Source: Tubulanus polymorphus (Eukaryota; Animalia; Nemertea). Taken from it: a stretch of 64,000 nucleotides of DNA. The stretch is taken from the NCBI RefSeq assembly GCF_964204645.1, contig NC_134025.1, positions 12,400,001 through 12,464,000 on the forward strand, read 5' to 3'. How positions within the stretch are numbered: position 1 is the first letter of the stretch; each line of letters starts with the position of its first letter. Of this stretch, positions 55,401-64,000 are shown in pieces. The position numbers and the translations under genes were made by a program. Below the pieces are notes generated by a model. It was given only the letters and a program-made list of their open reading frames with translations, ran no database searches and was not told the DNA's origin.

Positions 55401-58400
55401 GACGATCCACTTGAAGTATGGCACAGGTAATTATGATTAGGGTTTTCTGACCATTTGGCATCCCTTTCCAACCTACCTTTAAAAGCCTTAAGGCTGCTGC
55501 AAATACTGATGCAATTTTGATTTTATAAATAATTTTCCAAATGTTTGCGTCAATTACAAATGAATTACTAAATGGAAATGTGTAAATAATTAAACATTCA
55601 TTAATGATGGAATGTGGTCTATAAACTGTTTGTTACGTTATTGAAGAATAAATATGCAAGCAAAAGTTCACATAGAAATTCACCAAAAATTGTCACGAAA
55701 TCATAGAAAGGTATAAAGTTAAACCAGTATTAACCACTATGCAGTGTATGATTGACCAATATTACATTGCATCTTCTTTGAATTGCTGGGTATCCATATA
55801 CATGTAATTATGTTATTGTTTTATACCGCACTATAGTTGAATTAAAAAATTCCTCCAGCAGCAGTATAGTGTGGGAGCTGTCATCAGTGAAAGGGTTAAT
55901 GCTTTGAGCATCATTATTTCATCATCTAAATTGAGCCTGCGAGACCTGACAATGCCCCCTCATCAAAGAAATTGTATATACTATAGGCCTACTACTATAT
56001 TTATTAAAATGGTTCAAAATGTAGGAATAACTCTGAACATCACCGCGACACTGTTCATATCATGACAAAGAGTGTAATGGTCTTTGAATCTGCCATTAAA
56101 AGAACATTTCATGCAAAAACTGGAAATTACAGGGCTTTACTATGTTTGCAAAAAATCCTAATTTATCGAAATTCCTGTTTGCTGTTTGTCTTTATGTGGA
56201 TGCTAGTGTGCATGGGTTTTCATTGGTATTATTGGGAAACTCTCTACTTAATTTACAGGTACATAAACTGGACGGAACAGAATTTTCCTCGCGGAGGTCG
56301 AGATGGAAAATTGTTGCGCTTACTTGAAGCTGTTGTTCATAAATTCAAAGTCGTTGAAAAGTATAAAAATGACAAGCGTTACGTTGATGCATGGTTGAAA
56401 TTGGTGAGGGGAAACCTGATTATTTCATTACAAAATGATTCAATTGAATTTGCACTTAATTCAATTTTGCTCCAAATATTTTCAGTCGTCGATGCATAAT
56501 GATCCCTTAGCTATGTATGAAGTGATGTGGGATCTTGGTTATGGAACTACTATCGCGGCTTTTTATCAGACCTGGTCATGGACTGTTGAACAGCTTGGCA
56601 ATTTCAAAAAAGCAGATACTATTTATCAATACGGAATTGAACGCAGAGCGGAACCTTTAGACTGGCTAACGCGCCAGCACTCGTATGTATTAAGCCTGTA
56701 GATCCATTTTTAGTCTAGATGATATAGCCCTGATATGCATTCTGTTTCAATGCTTGGGAGTGGATTTTTTAAAGAGATTTTGCCATCTTGTCAACTTTTT
56801 CTATTACTTCTGAACCCTTAAGCATGCTGACTGCCTGAAGGACTTAACTTGTACTGTAAACTCCACTTAAAGAATCAATGAAATGATTTTCATTGTAGTG
56901 AATACCAGGCCAGAATTGTGAAGAGAACCGCTGGTGAATATGTCGACCCTTGTGAAGGTGTACCGATGATAATGCAACACGAGCAACAAAGAATACACCT
57001 CGGACAGTTACGAGGTAGTGGCAAAAATAAAACAGTCGGTAGTAATCGTGTCCAAGCAACATCACATGGTAAGTGTAGGATTGTCGCCTGTTTGTCAAAC
57101 TTCCTTCTTTAAGGGGTTCACAATGTTTAAGCTAACCCTTTCACCACAGTGTGATTTACATATCAAGAAGATGTATGAAATATTGCATCTAGTAGTGCAT
57201 TGTAACCAGAGGCTATTCGTTATTGAGTTCAACTTAAGTTTGAAAGGTGGAAGCACTTCTTAAACATCATGAAATCTTAGGAAATGACTACTGGTATAAG
57301 CTGTAGCACACAATGGCGAATCTAATGGTATTCACAGCTGCCAACTGTTCCTGATTTTCAGTGTTTGTTTCTTTTATAACAAGAAACACTGATTTGATTT
57401 GTTTGATGCGTAAAAGAAATATGAAATATGTTACTGATGCTCCTACTGTTGATTACTGATTAATTTGAACTTTTTCTTTCATATTTCAATGAAATGATAC
57501 TGAAAAAAATTTAATTTGTTTCTGATAGCACTTTTCAGAGGTTGGCCGCCCTGGGTATTTCTATGTTAGTGAGTGGGTTTACACACCCACCACCAGGACC
57601 ATTCTCTAACTTTCTTTATTTGAAGTTGCCCCTATTAAGTAGTTTTGTAATTGGCAATTTCATGGTTACCATCAACTAGTCTACATTTTACCTGATGAAG
57701 GAATGAAATTTGCAACATTTAATGCATAATCTTTATCAAGGTTTCCAGCGGTCCTTCCAAGTCCTTCTTTGTCCTTCTTTTGGAAAAAGTTTGGACAAAC
57801 ATCATCTTTGTCCTTCTTTTTGACTTTAAGTCCTTCCTCTTGATAAAAAAGTCCTTCCAAATTTGATCTTTGTCGCGAATTTGACTGTTGAAGTATTTTC
57901 TTACTCAGACCTGGTAATTCAATTGTCAGTAAGATTGAATATACAGGAAAGTGTTATGGAATTACCCTCACATGTATGATTGGTCTACATGACGAGTACT
58001 GCGGCCAAGGCATTGCAAAAAATGCTTCCTTATGGGCCTCATTTTACTGGAAAGTAGGCCTACTTCTTAGGGAGTCCTTTTGGGTCTAAAATTGCCGAAA
58101 AAGTCCTTCTTAGTACTTCTTTTTATCCTGGCCTTACCACTGGAAACCCTGTTTATACACGTGTTAAACCAGAACTGGATATATTTGAATATGTCAATGC
58201 ATCCTTTAAAATCAATTTGCTACAGCAGACGCTGTTTACCCTTGAATTGATTGCCTCAGAATATCCTGTGTGCCCTGGACAATATGTTACAAATTTTCTT
58301 ACTCGAATTCATGGTGATAACGACCCATGCCTGCCTTGACTGCCCCAGAATTCGTGTACCTTGGAGAATATATATTGGTCGCACTAGCTGAGACAAGCAA

Positions 58401-61400
58401 TGTCTATTGTATCATCATTAAATTAATATATGTTTAATATTGAATTCCAACACAACATAAATGAATATGATGAATTCCACAGAATCTAATTTTATTTATA
58501 CTATACATCATTTTCAGGATCTCGTTCCGGATTGGGAGTTGCACCACTTCAGCTGCCACAACCGCAGATGTCAAATGCACGCTCAAATGGTGTTCAAATT
58601 TTTTGCGATGAAAACACTGTATCGAGGGCAATTCCAGCCCAGACTGGGGAGTGGCAATCGATACCTAACCGTTCAACTTTTGATACTGAAAATGAGAAAA
58701 AAGCCGGTGTTTGGACTAAAGCCAAGGTAATACTCGTGCAGGCTTTAATGAAATGCTATCTATTGATAATGAACAAAAACCCTGTGGAAACCACAGGATT
58801 TTTTTAAGCCGGAACTTCAAACTTTTCGATTCCAAAATGTAATAGATGAAATCTAAGTGACAGACTTCTCATCACAACCAGTGATTTCATATTGCCTAAT
58901 TAAGAAAAGAAAACAACAGTTTTGGGAAGAAGACACCTTCAGTTGGTGTCAAAACACAGAGAAAATCTCGCCTAAGATATTGTCTGTGCTGTGATAATTT
59001 ACCGTTGAATGATTAATGATTTAGATCTATGAATAGAAGTTATTTTCTGCTTATTTTTGTGGGGATGCGTAGGGGATGGCCTAGAAGTGATGTTTGATGA
59101 AACTAATTTTTTGTTGCTTCTCGGGACAGTATTTTAGATATGCAACTTCTGTCAAGTTTGTAAACCAAGGTGAAGTACTGTATTAGATAGATACAAATGC
59201 GATCTATTGATTCATAATTTCTTTTAAAATTCATTATATGACAGGTTAAGCAGAAACATATGAACAATGTTAATTTTGCGGATGTTTCACAAGTCAGTCG
59301 ACCAGATTTTGATGTGCACGAGGATGCAAATCAGCCTCCGCCTGCTACACCAAAACATTCTCAGCTCCATTTCAATGCTCATAGTGTCCTGAGTGATAGA
59401 AAACCATCGAAATCATATGATATCGTGCATAAACTGCAAAACCCGCACCCGACTGAACCAACAGATATTCTGGTCATGTGCCGTAAGGACCAAATATATC
59501 AGGGCGTGGAGGAATTCCAGTTCGAAGAGATACGAGCTGCTCGATTTATGGCGAAACGAAAAGGTATTCAATATTTCCAATTTATGTATATCTCGGTTAT
59601 GATATTTTTCATTCTAGATAGGCAAATAATATTTGATGTACATGTATTATATGATAATCTTAGGGATCAGCCGACTGAAGTTGAATTCTGAATCTTTACT
59701 GCACTGCTCTTAGTTCCAGTTTTAGGAAGAAAGTGTTAGCCTGAAAGTAACTAAAAGTATCCTTCCGGATCTCACGAGTTAAGATTTTTTTCTATCTAGA
59801 GGAAGAACAGAATCATCTGATCCAGGAACTGGCAGCTAAGAACCAACAGTTGCAAGCTGAACGGGAAGCAGAGCGGAGGGGATTCCAGGCTGAACGAGAA
59901 GAGATGAAACGGCGATTGTTAGAAAAGGAAATGTTCGTCCAAGCTATGCAGTGAGTTTGAGTAAAGTATTATTTTTGATACCAGAGGCCAATAAAAATGT
60001 TCAGCTGTTCTATAGTTTCTCATCAACTCTCTTCCTGAGAAATTCATTAATTCATTGAATTATCGAAGTTGAGCAGTCCGTTGACAGAGCAGTTTTTTTA
60101 AGTTGATGCAACTGACTTAAGAGGAGTTAATTGTATATATCATAGTCAATATGTCAATAAACCATGTCAATAAACAATAACAATTCAGTTTTTCACCAGT
60201 AGTTCTTCCCATACTGCCTTGTTTGTTGATATCCCCTCATCCTGTTGTTGAGAGCAGCAGTACTGGGACCTAGAAAAAGACATACAAGAAGGAAACAGCT
60301 AGAGTGACTTTAAAAAGTGTACCTTCATTATGATTATAAAGATTATCCATTTGGAGGATCGCAGAACCTTCACACCTCTGGGTCTGCCCTTGACTGTGAT
60401 TTCTTGAGTTTACTGCACTAGTCACCAGATTCTAGCAATTCTCATTCATCATTAATTGTGTCAATCATTTTTCAGACAAATGACTTTGGATAAAGACAAT
60501 TCTTCAAAGCCACAAATATCGGACAACTCTGCTTCAAATGATTCAGGGAATGCAGGCAACATCATGAGTTCATCTGGGTGTAGTAAATCAAGTATAACTG
60601 CACATGAATCGGCAAGCTCACTCCTGAAATCACCAAATTGGAGTGCCAGTAGCGGAAAAACTCCAGATAGTAATAAGGGAATATTGAAAAAGGTATGTTT
60701 TTTCTTTCAAACTTCTATATTCACTGCGGTTCATTTCATTCAAGTTGAACTTGTATGTCAGTGAATACCGGGAACTGACAAGACCCCCTTGACCCATTCA
60801 CTACTTGTAAGTATACATTCTTGCGTACTGAGACCATATGAGGCCATACGGCATAACAAGAGATGTACCTAAATTTCTAATATATGTACCAGTACATACT
60901 TCAAGATTATGACCTGTATGCAATTGACTGCCATATGTCAAAACCTTCCTATCCTGGATAGAAAATGATCTCAATATGACAATGCTGCTACGAGGCCGGT
61001 TCACTGGCATTCCCAATTCAGTTTTTTGGCGTGATTTCACTGTTCCCTGAATGAAATGCCACAGTAACGCTTCCAGTACTCTTAAATACAACTAATATTT
61101 ATTTTGCTATAAGGTTCGTTTTATTACTATCTGTTTACTTGCACACACAGAGCTTGATTATGCCATCACCAACTGTGAATACGAAAGAAGCAATGCAGGC
61201 AGTTTTTGGCATGTTCAACAATACTCTTGATGTTGAGGCGCATTTTGGATTTGGGCCAACAACTAACAACAATGCAGAAGAACCAATGGAGACCAACTTC
61301 TTGCCTTTGGGTGGTAAGCAAATCTATTTTTGTGTTTCCACAAATTTGTTTTTGAACAAATGAACCTTTTGTGAAAAAATATGCTGAAGAATGTAGAGAT

Positions 61401-63841
61401 ATTTGGTAGGAACGAAAATTGTCTCTGTAAATGTTGGAATTTAAATGTTCACCTATCTTGAGCCTGGCAAATCAAAAGAACTCACATATATTTTTTGAGA
61501 TTTTATCATGGTTCCTATGTCTAGGAATTATCTTTCAGGTTAAGTACAGTAGACTCCGCCCAAGTCGGATATGATCAACTTGGACGTTTGCTGAAATATT
61601 TTTTTGTGAAATTAATTATGAAATGCATAACATCAAAATCGGAAACATTTTTACAGTCCCATAAGATCGGGCTTAAGTTGAGTTTACTGTAGTCACAATA
61701 TACTGCAATATTGTAGACATGACTTGAACATTTCAGCAAGGCCAAAGACTACATATTATAATGGTAATCATAGTTCTGATGCAGCAGGAATAATGCTTTA
61801 TGAAGATTCTGAAACAGTAAAGCCATGTTCGAATGTGATGGTTTTTGAGGATCCTGTTGAGAAAAGCAAACCAAAACAAAATGACATTATGATTTACGAG
61901 GATCTTCATCTAGGCTACAAATCAACACCAAATGATAGGGTTAAGATTTACGAAGATTACTCTGCACCCGTAATTTCTGAAGACTCTAAGCCGATCAAGA
62001 TGCCTAACCACAAACTGATGGTTTACGAAGATCCATCACCATCAAAAGTAGATGACAATGAAAAAGCACCAGTAGAAGATCAAGAAAATAGGTAAGCATG
62101 GATTTATGAATCTTTTACCATGTGAAATGGGGCTCATTACCGGTATTAAAAGTTGAACATTTTTCTCAATCCTTTTAGTGATGTTAACTTTTCAAATTTT
62201 CACACTCTTCAAATCTTTGTTTTACAATCATCCAGAGCACCGGTAGGATATCAAGTGGAAACTAAGCGCCAGGGACTATCTGGTATACTTCAACCTTCTA
62301 AAGGTATCGCCTTCGAAGCTCCGGAAGCAATTGAAAAAATGCTACATGGTTTTAACGCTGATATCGATGAACTCGATGGTATATGTCCTCTGCCGGATGA
62401 CCAGGATTTCACATTTGCACCGTCTGGTGCTTCGACATCAAAATTCAATGTGCCAGTGCATATGATCTCGACGCCATTCCATGCGAGCAAGAATGTGCCA
62501 CTTCCAGATGCGGGAGTCAGTAAAATTCACCGTCAACCACTGGGCGAGGTCGACAATACTTTAATGGAACACCAGCAGTATAACAGTGATGATGATGCAG
62601 ACAAAGAAAACAGTCGTGATCAGTTTCGAATACCCGAAAATGTGCCTTTTGCACCTCGAACTGGTGTTCGAACACGATGCAGCATCGGATTAGCTTTACT
62701 TAGGTATGTACGTGTAAGGAACAATATTGACTCGTTGATTAGTTTATTGATTTTACGTGTTGATAGTTCTATTTTGACATTTAGCGGCGAACATTAATAG
62801 CACGGTCATTTTACACAAATTTCAGTGCGATTGTCGGCTATTTTATAGCCTCAGATGCTATAATAGGGTTTCAAATTCGAAAATTTTTTCAGGAGTGAAC
62901 CCCAAACCTTCAGTGCTCGCTTCATTGTTTGGCAGTAATGGCAAATAACAGACCAAGATTTAACGATGGAAATAAGTTACTCTGAGTTCAGTTTCAAAAA
63001 TCAGTTTTGGGTAGTACGCATCTACCCATCTTCGCGGTGTAACTGATTTTCATTGCTAAATCTTAAATAAACCGGGTCTTACGACATCAAATGTGTTTTT
63101 CCAGATTTCATTTCTTGTTTTAATCTCGTTAATTTGCTGATTTTCTAGCCCTATCAGTGAAACAAGCGAGAAGTCTTCTAGCAGTAACGAAGCGTCATCG
63201 AACCGCCTCGGCCTTACGACGACACACCACCATTCGACAATGCACACGCATATGAAAACGCCGCATCAAAGCATCAACCACAGCAAACACACATCGATTA
63301 ACCCGATAAAGGCACTTACATTCAACAACAAATCACTGAGCGCTCATAAACTTGGCGTAAGTTTAATATCCACTCATACTGAGCCGTTGAAATTAGCGGA
63401 AATGCAGCCATTATCGGAAACGTTGAACATGACCTGTCACGAAGTTGATATCTCGGCGTACACGCCACCTGATCTCGACGGGCACGAGCAAAAAGTGATG
63501 TCCGAATCGATTATGATCAATCCGAAAAACCCATTCGATTTGAATCTGATTGCGAATTTCTTGGCGAATTTGGATGAGCCGTTGAACAATTATGAGAATT
63601 ACATCGAGTGTGTCGGACTTTTACCGCAAATAAGGACAAAAGATGGATTGATCCTCGGTAGGTGATGATGGTTATGTTATTTCCTACGTATGAGAAAACC
63701 ACCATGATCTAGAAATAATCTTTTTACTTAGGCGATGACACTTATATGGTGGATACGAAGATAGGTGAAGGTGCGTTTGGTAAGGTGTATACCGCTCAAA
63801 CATATGAAGATTTGCTTGGCTCCGATAGAATCTGTTTGAAG
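52444..63841 (+). CDS. BUB1: MadBub (BUB1/BUB1B-like) spindle checkpoint kinase, first 14 exons; continues beyond the right edge
   Basis: Exons 52444-52619 (WELSKENVQPLKQGR), 55367-55426 (YSGDDPLEVW), 56259-56403 (YKNDKRYVDAW), 56486-56682 (GIERRAEPL), ~56898-57068, 58518-58726, ~59244-59563 (GLEBS EEFQFEEIRA), 59800-59950, ~60476-60692, ~61151-61314 (CD1 PSPTVNTKEAM), ~61737-62091, ~62236-62703, ~63149-63657 (KARD LSPISE across the junction; NPFD), 63732-63841 (IGEGAFGKVY...CLK). Confidence 0.95.
52730..53987. mobile_element. Host MITE (atgcaccagtcaatgaaag TIR) interrupted by the foldback element
   Basis: Removing the insert restores tgcaccagtcaatgaaagtccccgccctaccggggccgggaaacgaaa, which matches tttcgtttcccggcccctgtagggctggaactttcattgactagtgca at ~53939-53986. 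Confidence 0.75.
52739..53353. mobile_element. Foldback element with ~208-bp TIRs and 7-bp TSD (P-element-like termini)
   Basis: 52739-52946 is the near-perfect reverse complement of 53145-53353. gcaccag is duplicated at 52732-52738 and 53354-53360; termini cacagg / cctgtg. Confidence 0.85.
57737..58151. mobile_element. hAT-like MITE with gtccttct repeats
   Basis: Termini caaggtttccagcggt / accactggaaaccctg. Confidence 0.55.
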
Positions 63842-64000
63842 GTATGGTTGCGTTTTCTAATGTCAAAACACTAACATGCTATGTTACAGTAGACCATGCG
63901 TAAATCAGATCAACGCAGAAGTTGCAACACTTCAAAATAGCTTCAGATATATTTGGCGTTTAATTCCGAAAATAAAAGATTCTCCATGATAGCCCCTAAA

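Overview
This is AT-rich, intron-containing animal DNA, probably a marine invertebrate (inferred from the repeat families). There are no prokaryotic operons, CRISPR arrays or intact rRNA/tRNA genes, and most ORFs in the supplied track are exon-plus-intron read-throughs or spurious. Three gene systems were rebuilt by hand from GT-AG splice sites. (1) The 5' part of a minus-strand CACHD1/alpha2delta-like VWA-dCache gene runs from ATG 10631 off the left edge, and one intron holds a decayed DIRS retrotransposon. (2) A plus-strand tandem array of NAAA-like Ntn amidase genes spans 23355-48349: four intact 10-exon copies and one pseudogene, part of it a recent ~10-kb tandem duplication. (3) An unduplicated BUB1/BUBR1 (MadBub) checkpoint kinase runs from 52444 off the right edge. 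The rest is dense with transposon debris (RTE-X/L2-like LINEs, a hAT relic, Helentron-type elements, MULE-, P-, hAT- and Tc1-like MITEs). The best candidates for new biology are the diversifying NAAA array, a five-fold ABBA-like motif array plus a KEN2-to-TEN change in MadBub, and a CACHD1-like protein with intact MIDAS and amino-acid-binding motifs. I cannot show from sequence alone that any of these is an undescribed system.
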